A DNA stretch of 64,000 bases, taken from positions 32,007 to 96,006 of the forward strand of contig JBCCCG010000015.1 in the NCBI GenBank assembly GCA_039033595.1, given 5' to 3'. Positions 9,401-17,349 of this stretch are shown here, in pieces. The notes beneath the pieces were generated by a model. It saw only the letters and a program-made list of their open reading frames with translations, had not been told where the DNA came from and made no database searches. Both the position numbers and the translations under genes were made by a program. The stretch is from Planctomycetota bacterium. GTDB taxonomy: Bacteria; Planctomycetota; Phycisphaerae; Phycisphaerales; Phycisphaeraceae. Each line of letters opens with the position of its first letter. The stretch's first letter is position 1.

Positions 9401-9919
9401 CAACACCGGGCCGAACGTGGCGTGCTCCAGCACGCGGTGATCGACGTACTGGCTCGTGTACGCCTCGTTGTTCTGCACCTGCCCCCGGCCCGCCAGGCCC
9501 AGATCCTGCACCAACACGGCGTCGTATCCGCCCGCCGCCGCTTCACGCCCGTCGGCGAACCACCGCACGGACCACGCCCACGCGGCCTCCTCGGGGTGCA
9601 GGACCAAGTCGATCTCGTAGCGTGTCTCGGCGAACGACCCGGCCCAGCGAAGGCCGCGTTCGATCACACCACGCTCGGTTACGGCGTTGCCCAGGCCGTT
9701 GACCGCATCGACGATCCGACCGTCGCGGTGTTGGCGCAGCCAGAGCTGCGTCGCGCCGCGGCCGATCGGCGGCCCCACAAACAGATTCACCAGCGTCGGG
9801 CCCACGCTCAGGGTCGACAGGCTGCCGTTGGCCAACACCACCGCCCGGACACCCGCGGCGTTCTCCACGACCCGCTGCGGAAACTCGCTCTCGGTCAGCG
9901 TCGTGAACCGCTCGTTCAT
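6488..9919 (-). CDS. GH94-like glycoside phosphorylase/hydrolase (cellobiose-phosphorylase-like (alpha/alpha)6 barrel)
   Basis: 1143-aa ORF. The YGDGDWNDSLQP segment matches the DWND catalytic motif of GH94-type phosphorylases. The surrounding WPQW/HGD helical-barrel-like segments are compatible with this. Its stop lies 1 nt from the amylase stop (convergent). Confidence 0.6.
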   Translation of the reverse strand: MNERFTTLTESEFPQRVVENAAGVRAVVLANGSLSTLSVGPTLVNLFVGPPIGRGATQLWLRQHRDGRIVDAVNGLGNAVTERGVIERGLRWAGSFAETRYEIDLVLHPEEAAWAWSVRWFADGREAAAGGYDAVLVQDLGLAGRGQVQNNEAYTSQYVDHRVLEHATFGPVLAARQNLAQDGRHPALLHACLPGAAGGLTDGFDFFGPSHRGDARPVAVADELPTRNRQYEFSCHALQSRPVALTASEPAECRFLACFTPDHPAATAIDDLKLLDAAASNLAWAQRTETREILDESAMVEAKPTPRAGKPLTPAELDGLFPGLHRHAESVDGELASFFHGDGRHTVTRHKELAADRRTAHLLMAGRERLPGGETLCSTGYAHGVFASHICLGNTTFNKLLAVSRDPLNLTQADGLRLSVWDAAGISWEPLGVASAFDMGVDDCVWVYQLDDHSRITVTAAADHASRSDSPESESPGPTLHWRVEIDGPPQRLRMTAHLALGDREHEHPGEVAVALDRSHVTLTPGDATMIRQRYPRASWTWAFDEPPADLGGDELLYGDGKRRGLPYLVAQTAAVKSWGWSIRGTLGPAAEGEDELDRRAESDRGAALPALEHPAEPVRRLAEALPWFEHNAAIHLTAPHGIEQYGGAAWGMRDVCQGPIEWLLARGEHATAVRILEDVFAHQYADSGAWPQWTMHPPFQSIQSPHSHGDVAVWPIIAAVNVLRATGDPSLLDRSAPFTRSEPPFALTEQMQTLRRHLDLAIDKLRGRFVPSTSLLAYGDGDWNDSLQPARPEMRESMVSSWTVALFYQALRGYAQTMRHAGDADAAHRHDATADAVRDDFNRLLVADDQIAGLYLYDDDPAEARHLLHPRDTHTGVRYRLLPMIRGIISELFTPEQAAHHASLIDQHLLAPDGARLMDRPPHYTGGTTTHFQRLESASFFGREIGLMYVHAHLRYAEAVAKLGRAEAFAEALLKVNPVGLEQSVPNAAPRQANCYFSSSDAAFLNRPDSEARYDALLRGEVPVHGGWRVYSSGPGIYLGLIVRQWLGLRGDFDRFVFDPVMTDRHDGLVARLTLLGVECAVTFRIGEERFNAVREVRLDGRALESVGRETNPYRTGGLRFDRAALAEKLRGSRGELEVDCR

Positions 9920-10011
9920 GCCCAGAGTTTACGCGCAAAACCGCGGGCCCACGACTCGTTGCCGTGGGCCCGCGTGATGAGGGTTGCGTGATGGGGTCGG
10001 CGGAGGGTCGC

Positions 10012-10620
10012 TTACTCCACGGCCGCCCGCGTGGATTCCTCGGCCGCGTTTTCCGCCTCGGCTTTGGCGGGCTTCTCGAGTTCGGCCCGGTCGACGAAGT
10101 GCAGGGCGTAGCCGTTCATGCAGTAGCGCTGCCCGGTGGGCGGCGGGCCGTCGGGGAAGACGTGGCCCAGGTGCCCGTCGCAGGAGGCGCAGCGGTTCTC
10201 GACGCGGCGCATGCCGTGCGAGAGGTCTTCGACGTTCGCGACGTGATCCTCGCCGATGGTGTCGTAGAAGCTCGGCCAGCCCGTGCCGGAGTTGAACTTG
10301 GTCTCGCTGTCGAACAGCGCCAGGCCGCAGCCGGCGCAGGCGTAGACGCCGTCTTCCTTGTTGTCGAGGTACCGCCCGGTGCCAGCCCGTTCGGTGCCGG
10401 ACCGACGGAGGATGCGGTACTCCTTGCTCGACAGCTCGGCCTTCCATTCCTCGTCGGTCTTGACGACGGGGATGATCTTGCCGGCCTCGTCACGCATCGG
10501 TTCCATCATCACTTTGAGCTCCTTCGTGTCGCTGCTCGCGTCCGCCCCGGCCGACTGCACACAGCCGACCAGACTCAACGCAAGGATTGATAGACAGGTT
10601 CGATTCAAAACGCTACGCAT
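10012..10620 (-). CDS. msrB: peptide-methionine (R)-S-oxide reductase MsrB with a lipoprotein signal peptide
   Basis: It carries CAGCG...CASCDGHLGHVF Zn-site CxxC pairs, GTGWPSF and catalytic RYCMNG. The internal ATG at 10620 gives MRSVLNRTCLSILALSLVGC (lipobox LVGC). The track ORF extends to 10677. Confidence 0.9.
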   Translation of the reverse strand: MRSVLNRTCLSILALSLVGCVQSAGADASSDTKELKVMMEPMRDEAGKIIPVVKTDEEWKAELSSKEYRILRRSGTERAGTGRYLDNKEDGVYACAGCGLALFDSETKFNSGTGWPSFYDTIGEDHVANVEDLSHGMRRVENRCASCDGHLGHVFPDGPPPTGQRYCMNGYALHFVDRAELEKPAKAEAENAAEESTRAAVE

Positions 10621-10723
10621 ACACAACCTTTCAAGGTCTACAAAAATCATAGGCCCAGTCGGTGAATAACGCCCCAACCCGGAGGTTTATTCCATTCTTG
10701 CGGTCCGGCCGGCCACCGCCGGC

Positions 10724-11536
10724 TTATCGGCCGACAAAATGGTGGATCACGATCCCCGCGGCCACCGCCACGTTCAGCGAATCCACGTCGTAGTGCATCG
10801 GGATGCGGACGCGGCGGTCGCATCGGCGGACGATCCCGGGCGTCAGGCCGTGGGCCTCGCCCCCCAGCAGGATCGCGGTGCGACCGGTCCCCGCAATGTT
10901 ACGCTCGGCGGAGGCCAGGGGTTCGGCGTCTCCGTCGAGAACCGTCGCGACGAGTTCGTAGCCGAAATCGTCCCGAAGCCGCTCCAGGTCCGCGTCGAGG
11001 TCCGCGCTGCGGACGATCGGCAGCGTGAACACCGCCCCCATCGACACCCGCACCGCCCGCCGGTACCACGGGTCGCAGCACCGCGGCCCCAGCACCATCG
11101 CGTCCACGCCCAGCCCCGCGCTCACCCGGACCAACAGGCCGAGGTTTTCGACGTTCGCGAGGTCCGGGCAGACCACGAGGGTGCCCGCGTCCCGGGCCAC
11201 CACGCCCAGCTCCGGGGGCGGGGGCGGCTCGACCGCGGCGAGGATGCCCTGGTGGATCTTCATCCCCGCCGTCTGGGTCATGACGTCTTTGGAGCAGACC
11301 AGCACCTCGACGTCGTCCCGAGCAGACTCCGCCGCCATCGCCGCCACCCGCTCGGCCTTGCTCTCGATCACCAGCACCGACCGCACCCGCAACCCCGCCG
11401 CGAACGCCCGCCGCACGACGTGCTCGCCCTCGGCAATAAACAACCCCGTTTCCCGGCGGACGTCGCGGTCTTTGAGATCGAGGTACAACGCCAAACGCGG
11501 GTCTTGTCGATCTTCGATAAGCGCGGCCTGATTCAC
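10724..11536 (-). CDS. TrmH/SpoU-family RNA 2'-O-methyltransferase
   Basis: The C-terminal SPOUT motifs are NVENLGLLVRVSAGLGV, ILLGGEAHGL and IPMHYDVDSLNVAVAAGIVIH. GTG start at 11536. Confidence 0.85.
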   Translation of the reverse strand: MNQAALIEDRQDPRLALYLDLKDRDVRRETGLFIAEGEHVVRRAFAAGLRVRSVLVIESKAERVAAMAAESARDDVEVLVCSKDVMTQTAGMKIHQGILAAVEPPPPPELGVVARDAGTLVVCPDLANVENLGLLVRVSAGLGVDAMVLGPRCCDPWYRRAVRVSMGAVFTLPIVRSADLDADLERLRDDFGYELVATVLDGDAEPLASAERNIAGTGRTAILLGGEAHGLTPGIVRRCDRRVRIPMHYDVDSLNVAVAAGIVIHHFVGR

Positions 11537-11539
11537 GAG

Positions 11540-13183
11540 TCAGCCCGCGAGTTTCTGCTTGATTTTTTCGCCGACTACCTTCGGATTCGCTTGCCCTTTG
11601 GACAGCTTCATGATCTGACCGAGCAGCGCGCCGATGGCTTTGTCCTTGCCGCCCTTGATCTGTTCGATCGCCTTCTCGTTCTTGGGATCGGCGAGGACGG
11701 CGGCGATCCACTCGTCGAGTTGGCCGTCGTCGCTGACCTGCAGCAGGCCGTGCTGCTCGGCGAGTTTTTCGGCGGGGTCGTCGCTGGAACACGCGTAGCC
11801 GAAGAGGGTGTCGGCGGCGCTAGCGCTGGTTTTGTCGGCGTCCTGCAGCGCGACGACGGCGGCGACCTGCTGCGGGGTGATGCCCAGGCCGTCGAGGGCC
11901 ACGCCGGCCTCGTTGGCGCGTTTGGCCCCGGCGTTGAGCAGCATCGCGGCGACGCGGCGCGGCTCGGGGGAGCCCATGCCGGCTGAAGCCGGCACGCCCA
12001 GGCAAGCCTCGAAAAACCGCGTGTTCGCGGGCTCGGCGAGCAGGTTGTCGGCGTCGATGGGCTTGAGGCCGTACTCGTCGACGTAGCGCGTCTTCTTGAC
12101 CAGCGGCATCTCGGGCAGCTCGGCGCGGAGCGCCTCGCGCCAGTCGTCGCTGACTTCGAGCGTCACCAGGTCCGGGTCGGGGAAGTAACGGTACTGGTCG
12201 GCGTCTTCTTTGTCCCGCTGTTTCGTGGTCTCGAGCTTGTTGTCGTCCCAGCCGCGGGTGGACTTAGCGCGGGCGCCCATGACCTGGCCGTCTTCGAGCC
12301 ACAGCTCGACCTGGCGGTGGTGCTCGTGGACGATCGAGCCGTGCACGGCCTTGAAGCTGTTGAGGTTCTTGATCTCGACCACCGGCGTGGCGAATTGTTC
12401 GCCCGACGGCTTGGTGATGATCACATTGATGTTGGGCTCGAACCGCATGTGCCCCTTCTGCATGATGCCCTCGGTCACGCCCAGGTGGCGGCAGATGTCG
12501 CGGAGGGTCTGCCCAAAAAGCACGGCGTCGTCGGCCGACGTGAAATCGGGCTCGGTGACGATCTCCAGCAGCGGCGTGCCGGCGCGGTTGAGGTCGACGA
12601 GTGACCCGTCGCTGAACCCGCCGCCGGGCAGGTCGTGCAGGAGCTTGCCCGCGTCCTCTTCGAGGTGGGCGCGGGTGATGCGGATGCGTTTGTGGTGGAA
12701 GTCGGGGAACTGGGCGTCGGGCGGGTTGGCGTGGTCCGGGGCGTCGCCGGGCTCACCCCCCGGCTCGGTGGGGATGTCGAGCGCGCCGTCGAAGCACAGC
12801 GGGCGGTCGAACTGGCTGATCTGGTAGTTCTTCGGGAGGTCGGGGTAGTAGTAGCTCTTGCGGTCCCACTTGGTGAGGGGGGCGATGGAGCAGTTGAGCG
12901 CGAGGCCGACCTTGATCGACATCTCGACCGCGGCGCGATTGATGACGGGCAGGGTGCCGGGCAGGCCGATGACCACGGGGTCGAGCAGCGTGTTGGGCGC
13001 CGCCTCGAAGTTCTCGGGGTGGGCGACGTTGGGGGCGCTGGTCCACATCTTCGAGCGGGTGGCGAGCTCGACGTGGATCTCCATGCCGACTTTGAGCTGG
13101 GTGGTCAGGCCGTGGGGTTTTCCGGGGTCTTCGTACATGGGTGGTTTCGGGGGCTGGGGATCAACCGGCGGGGCTGAGGTCAC
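11540..13183 (-). CDS. gatB: Asp-tRNA(Asn)/Glu-tRNA(Gln) amidotransferase subunit B
   Basis: It has the GMEIHVELATRSKMW N-terminal signature and the C-terminal GatB/YqeY tail (LLGQIMKLSKGQANPKVV). An alternative ATG at 13138 is plausible. Confidence 0.95.
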   Translation of the reverse strand: MTSAPPVDPQPPKPPMYEDPGKPHGLTTQLKVGMEIHVELATRSKMWTSAPNVAHPENFEAAPNTLLDPVVIGLPGTLPVINRAAVEMSIKVGLALNCSIAPLTKWDRKSYYYPDLPKNYQISQFDRPLCFDGALDIPTEPGGEPGDAPDHANPPDAQFPDFHHKRIRITRAHLEEDAGKLLHDLPGGGFSDGSLVDLNRAGTPLLEIVTEPDFTSADDAVLFGQTLRDICRHLGVTEGIMQKGHMRFEPNINVIITKPSGEQFATPVVEIKNLNSFKAVHGSIVHEHHRQVELWLEDGQVMGARAKSTRGWDDNKLETTKQRDKEDADQYRYFPDPDLVTLEVSDDWREALRAELPEMPLVKKTRYVDEYGLKPIDADNLLAEPANTRFFEACLGVPASAGMGSPEPRRVAAMLLNAGAKRANEAGVALDGLGITPQQVAAVVALQDADKTSASAADTLFGYACSSDDPAEKLAEQHGLLQVSDDGQLDEWIAAVLADPKNEKAIEQIKGGKDKAIGALLGQIMKLSKGQANPKVVGEKIKQKLAG

Positions 13184-13358
13184 GGGATTGTAATGCCGTC
13201 GGGGCGGGGGAGCCGGGGGTCGGCGTGGTCCACCCCCGCGAAGCCGGGCCGAGGGGCGGCAGCAGGTTTTTCTCGGCCGCGGCGCAGGGCCCCTGCGTGG
13301 GCGGGGTATCGGGGTTGAGCGTGAGGGTCCTCACGCGATCTCCAACGAAAGGCCCGCC

Positions 13359-15083
13359 ATGAACCGCCTCGAAACCCTGGAAAAACGTGAACTCTACAGC
13401 GTCACCGCCTTGGCCTGGGGCGACACGCTCTACGTCGAGGGCGACGCCGGCAACAACGGCATCAGCATCGCCTATTCACCCGACGGCGACTTCCTGCGCG
13501 TGAAGGAATACCAGAACGGCAGCTACTACACCAAGTATTCGGTCCACAAGGACCAGATCAGCGAGATCCATGTCTTCGGCCACGACGGCGACGACACGAT
13601 CTCCATCGCCGACGACGTCACCGAGAAGGCCAAGGTCTACGGCGGCGACGGCAGCGACTACCTGTTCGGCGGCGGCGGGCTGACGTGGCTGTACGGCCAC
13701 GGCTCGTACTACCAGGGCAATGACGCCGACCAGCTCAGCGCCGGGCCGGGCATCACCACGATGTACGGGGGCGGCGGCAACGACACGATGTTCGCCGGCT
13801 CGAGCCTGACCTCGGCCTACGGCGGCAGCGGCAACGACACTCTCTGGGCCCACCAGACCGGCACGTCCAACCTCTTCGGCGAATCCGGTAACGACACGCT
13901 CAAGGCCAAGGGCGGCCACACCACCTTCTCCGGCGGCAGCGGCTTCGACACGCTGTCCTACGCCCACTGGGTCTCCGACGTGACGATCAAGGTCAACGGG
14001 CTCAAGCAGTCCGGCCTGCGCTCGGGCGAGAAGAAGCACACCGTCCAAACCAACATCGAGCGGTTCGAGGGCGGCTCGGGCCACGATTATTTCTCGGGCT
14101 CGAGCAACGCCGAGCAGTTCCACGGCAACGACGGGCAGGACCAGGCGTTCGGCCACGGCGGCAACGACATCCTCTCCGGCGGCGACGGCGAAGACGACCT
14201 GTTCGGGGGCGCGGGCAACGACGTGCTGCTGGGTGGGAACAACAACGACCACCTCGGCGGCGGCTCCGGCGACGACAACCTGGGCGGCGGGTCGGGCTAC
14301 GACGACCTGCACGGCGGGTCGGGCAACGACATCATCAGCGGCGGCTCGCACGACGACACGATCTACGGCGACCTGGGCCACGACCGGATGTGGGGCGGCA
14401 GCGGCAACGACGACATGTGGGGCGGGGCCGGCAACGACGAGATGCACGGCAACGACGGCCAGGACCTGATGTTCGGCCAGTCCGGCGACGACGAGATGCA
14501 CGGCGGCAACAACTTCGACACCCTCAAAGGCGGCCACGGCAACGACACGATTCGGGGCGGCCAGGGCGGCGACTCGGTCTGGGGCAACGAGGGCCACGAC
14601 ATCCTCTGGGGCGAGGGCGGCAACGACGGCATGGTCGGCGGGTCGGGCAACGACTACGTCAACGGCGGCGACGGACACGACGTCATGCAGGGCAACGAAG
14701 GCGACGACATCCTCGTCGGCAGCGTCGGCAACGACCAGATGCACGGCGGCGACGGCGACGACGAGATGTGGGGCGGCACCGGCAACGACAGCATGTGGGG
14801 CAACGACGGCGATGACGACATCTTCGGCCAGTGGGGCAACGACTACCTCAACGGCGGCGACGGACACGACTTCCACGTCGGTGGCGACGGCTCGGACGTG
14901 ATCAACGCCGTGGACTACAGCTACCTCGACCAGGTCTGGGGCGGCGAAGCCGGCGTGGTCGACGACACCGAAGACGACACCGACACGGTCTACATCGACG
15001 CGGTCCACAGCCATTTCTGGGGCGTGTACTACGACTTCGGCGGCGGGGCCGACTACGTCAACCTCACGCACACCTACCTGTAA
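13359..15083 (+). CDS. RTX-type (hemolysin-type calcium-binding) repeat protein
   Basis: The protein is nearly wall-to-wall GGxGxDx[LIMFW]x nonapeptides. There is no classical signal peptide. The N-terminus is MNRLETLEKRELYS. Confidence 0.85.
   Translation: MNRLETLEKRELYSVTALAWGDTLYVEGDAGNNGISIAYSPDGDFLRVKEYQNGSYYTKYSVHKDQISEIHVFGHDGDDTISIADDVTEKAKVYGGDGSDYLFGGGGLTWLYGHGSYYQGNDADQLSAGPGITTMYGGGGNDTMFAGSSLTSAYGGSGNDTLWAHQTGTSNLFGESGNDTLKAKGGHTTFSGGSGFDTLSYAHWVSDVTIKVNGLKQSGLRSGEKKHTVQTNIERFEGGSGHDYFSGSSNAEQFHGNDGQDQAFGHGGNDILSGGDGEDDLFGGAGNDVLLGGNNNDHLGGGSGDDNLGGGSGYDDLHGGSGNDIISGGSHDDTIYGDLGHDRMWGGSGNDDMWGGAGNDEMHGNDGQDLMFGQSGDDEMHGGNNFDTLKGGHGNDTIRGGQGGDSVWGNEGHDILWGEGGNDGMVGGSGNDYVNGGDGHDVMQGNEGDDILVGSVGNDQMHGGDGDDEMWGGTGNDSMWGNDGDDDIFGQWGNDYLNGGDGHDFHVGGDGSDVINAVDYSYLDQVWGGEAGVVDDTEDDTDTVYIDAVHSHFWGVYYDFGGGADYVNLTHTYL
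14070..14906 (+). repeat. about 31 tandem 27-nt (nonapeptide GGxGxDxUx) coding repeats inside the RTX gene
   Basis: Residues about 238-516 read as an uninterrupted 9-aa periodicity (GGSGHDYFS ... GGDGSDVIN). Confidence 0.8.
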
Positions 15084-15111
15084 ACCCGCTCGCTCGTTAG
15101 CGCACACCCCG

Positions 15112-15139
15112 AGACCCCGCGCCTGGCGCGGGGTCTTTC
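15112..15139. terminator. perfect GC-rich hairpin between convergent genes (bidirectional terminator candidate)
   Basis: AGACCCCGCGC-CTG-GCGCGGGGTCT followed by TTCG. It lies between the RTX stop (15083) and the stop of the minus-strand gene (15213). Confidence 0.55.
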
Positions 15140-15212
15140 GCGCGGCGGGTCGCGGCCCCGGCGACCGCGGTCCATCCCAGGCGCGTGGGCCGAGCCGGTC
15201 GTGCGGGTCTGC

Positions 15213-16475
15213 CTACAGGTTCAACACCAGCCGTTCGTACACGCCCGGCCGCAGCAACAACATCCTCAGCCGCCCGATCGGCGCACTGTCCAGCACCGCG
15301 TTGCGGCCGAAGCCGCGTTCGATCGCGGCCGTGGCGTAGTCGACGTCGTCGGCCCCCACCGCCTCGGCGTCGCGGGCCGCGGCGTGGTAGCGGGCGCTGG
15401 CGGCGACCAGCGGGTATAGGAGGCACAGATCCAGCAGGCCTTCGAGCATGCCGCGCCGAAAGTTGGCCGCCCCCATGAACTGGTGCGACGCCAGCTTCTG
15501 TCGCACCATCCTCCAGAAGACCTCGAACGCCTCGGGCGCAGCCTCGGCGCCCCGCCCGGTGAATAAGCGGGCCTTGCGGATCGAGCCCGCGGGGTGGTCG
15601 TGGCCCAGCCGCTGAAGATCGCCGCTGCCCAGGCACGCCCGCCCCAGGGACAGGAAGCGCGCCACCCGCCCCACCCGGCGGTCCAGCACATCCTCGTCTC
15701 GGCGCAGGTGCGAAGCCCACACCGCGCCGAACGCCAGCCGATGAACCGCGCCGGGCTTCGCGGCGCCGGCGTCGAGCGTCGCCGTCACGTGTTCCTGGAG
15801 CTCGGCGAAGGCCTCGCCCAGGGCCTCGCGGTTCATCGACTCCGCCGGCTGCACCGCCAACCACGTGCACAGCGCGTGCAGGAAAACCGCTTTGGCCGCC
15901 GGCCGATCGAACGCCGCCATCAGCGTGGCCGCGAACTCGGTGATCGCGCGGACCTGCTCCGGCCGGAGCTGGCACATCTGCTCGTCGTCGAAACCCTTGC
16001 CCGCCACGACGCGTTGCGCGAGCTTGCGGAGCTCGGGGAAGTGTTCTTCGTGGGCCACGCCGGCGTTGCGCCGCACGCTCGGGCAGGTGAAGCGCGTGGC
16101 CACCGACACCCGGTTGCCGAACGTCGGCGCCAACGAAAACGGGAACAGCCGGCAGCCGGTCGGCTTGGCGTCTTCGCCGAAGCGCTCGTGGATCCGGCAG
16201 CGCCCCGTGTCGCGGTTGAGCATCACGCACGCCCCGTCCGCGTCGTGCCGCAAGAAGGTCTGCGGCCCCTTCGTGAGCAAGACCTCGCGTCCGTGCAACG
16301 GATCGCCGTCGCCCCAGTCGAGCGCCGCGATGCGCGGGGCCTCGTCACCGATCAATTGGACGTGCCAGTGCCGGCAGCAGTCGGTGCAGCCGTGGCAAGA
16401 GAACCGCTCGTCCTGTAAGACCTCAAGCTTCACGCCCGTCGTCCCGACCTCAAATACGTCGAATAGATTCACCAA
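15213..16475 (-). CDS. YkgJ/UPF0153-type cysteine-cluster (CxxCxxCC) protein with an unknown C-terminal domain
   Basis: The N-terminus has SCHGCTDCCRHW and DGACVMLNRDTGRCRIH, typical of the putative Zn/Fe-chelating CxxCxxCC domain. The remaining roughly 270 aa are unassigned. Confidence 0.6.
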   Translation of the reverse strand: MVNLFDVFEVGTTGVKLEVLQDERFSCHGCTDCCRHWHVQLIGDEAPRIAALDWGDGDPLHGREVLLTKGPQTFLRHDADGACVMLNRDTGRCRIHERFGEDAKPTGCRLFPFSLAPTFGNRVSVATRFTCPSVRRNAGVAHEEHFPELRKLAQRVVAGKGFDDEQMCQLRPEQVRAITEFAATLMAAFDRPAAKAVFLHALCTWLAVQPAESMNREALGEAFAELQEHVTATLDAGAAKPGAVHRLAFGAVWASHLRRDEDVLDRRVGRVARFLSLGRACLGSGDLQRLGHDHPAGSIRKARLFTGRGAEAAPEAFEVFWRMVRQKLASHQFMGAANFRRGMLEGLLDLCLLYPLVAASARYHAAARDAEAVGADDVDYATAAIERGFGRNAVLDSAPIGRLRMLLLRPGVYERLVLNL

Positions 16476-16572
16476 GAACCGCGGCTTGGTCGCGCGCTCC
16501 GCGCGCAGGTAACCGGGATTTTATCGAGGCGGTGGAGAATAGAAAGGCCCGCGTCCGCGAAAGCCCGATCGC

Positions 16573-17349
16573 TTACGCCTTCCAACCCGCGCCGTGGTGG
16601 CGGAGCATGGCGGGGTCGCGTTGACCGAGCTGCTCGAAGGCACGGATGCGCAGGAGGCAGGCGTCGCAGTGACCGCAGGGCTTGACATGGTCGGGGCCTA
16701 GCGGGTCGTAGCAGGAGTGGGTGAGCGCGTAGTCGACTCCGAGCGACAGGCCGAGTTCGATGATCGCGGGCTTGGGGAGGTCGATGAGCGGGGTGTGGAC
16801 TTTGAGGTGGTGGTGGCCGGGCGAGTCGGCGGCAGTGACGCCGGCCTTGGTGGCGAGGTTGGCCATGGCCGAGAACGCGGCGATGAACTCGGGCCGGCAG
16901 TCGGGGTAGCCGGAGTAGTCCACGGCGTTGACGCCGATGAACAGGTCGGTGCTGCCCAGCACCTCGGCCAGGGCTAGGGCGTAGCTCAGGAAGATCGTAT
17001 TGCGGGCCGGAACGTAGGTAACCGGGATGTCGTGCGACATCGTGCTGTCGTCGCGGTCCTTGGGCACGTCCAGCGCGTCGTCGGTCAGCGCGCTGCCGCC
17101 GAAGGCGCGCAGGTCGATGGTCGCGGTGCGGTGCGAGGCGACGCCCATCGCGGCCGCGATCTCGGAGGCGGCGGCGAGTTCCACCGCGTGGCGTTGGCCG
17201 TAATCGAAACTCAAGGCGTGGCACTCGTAGCCGTCGCGCTGAGCCACCGCCAGCGCGGTCACCGAGTCGAGGCCGCCGGACAGCAGGACGACGGCCCGCT
17301 TCGCGGCGGGTTGGGGGGTTGGGGTCTGGGCGTCGGGGCTGCGGCTCAA
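16573..17349 (-). CDS. queC: 7-cyano-7-deazaguanine synthase
   Basis: It has the PP-loop [10 protein letters not shown], the [11 protein letters not shown] motif and the C-terminal Zn site CGHCDAC. The TTG start at 17349 overlaps the stop of the upstream gene (TTGA). The track ORF runs on to 18120, but that part overlaps the RDD gene. Confidence 0.9.
   Translation of the reverse strand: MSRSPDAQTPTPQPAAKRAVVLLSGGLDSVTALAVAQRDGYECHALSFDYGQRHAVELAAASEIAAAMGVASHRTATIDLRAFGGSALTDDALDVPKDRDDSTMSHDIPVTYVPARNTIFLSYALALAEVLGSTDLFIGVNAVDYSGYPDCRPEFIAAFSAMANLATKAGVTAADSPGHHHLKVHTPLIDLPKPAIIELGLSLGVDYALTHSCYDPLGPDHVKPCGHCDACLLRIRAFEQLGQRDPAMLRHHGAGWKA

Noticed and set aside
14070-14906. 27-nt periodic DNA repeats that could be mistaken for a repeat array or CRISPR
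   Set aside because: There are no unique spacers. The periodicity is exactly the in-frame nonapeptide repeat of an RTX protein.
13476-15107. 543-aa minus-strand ORF opposite the RTX gene
   Set aside because: It is the reverse complement of the GGxGxD repeats (a VVA/AAV periodic pattern) and has no independent motif. The sense-strand call is clear.
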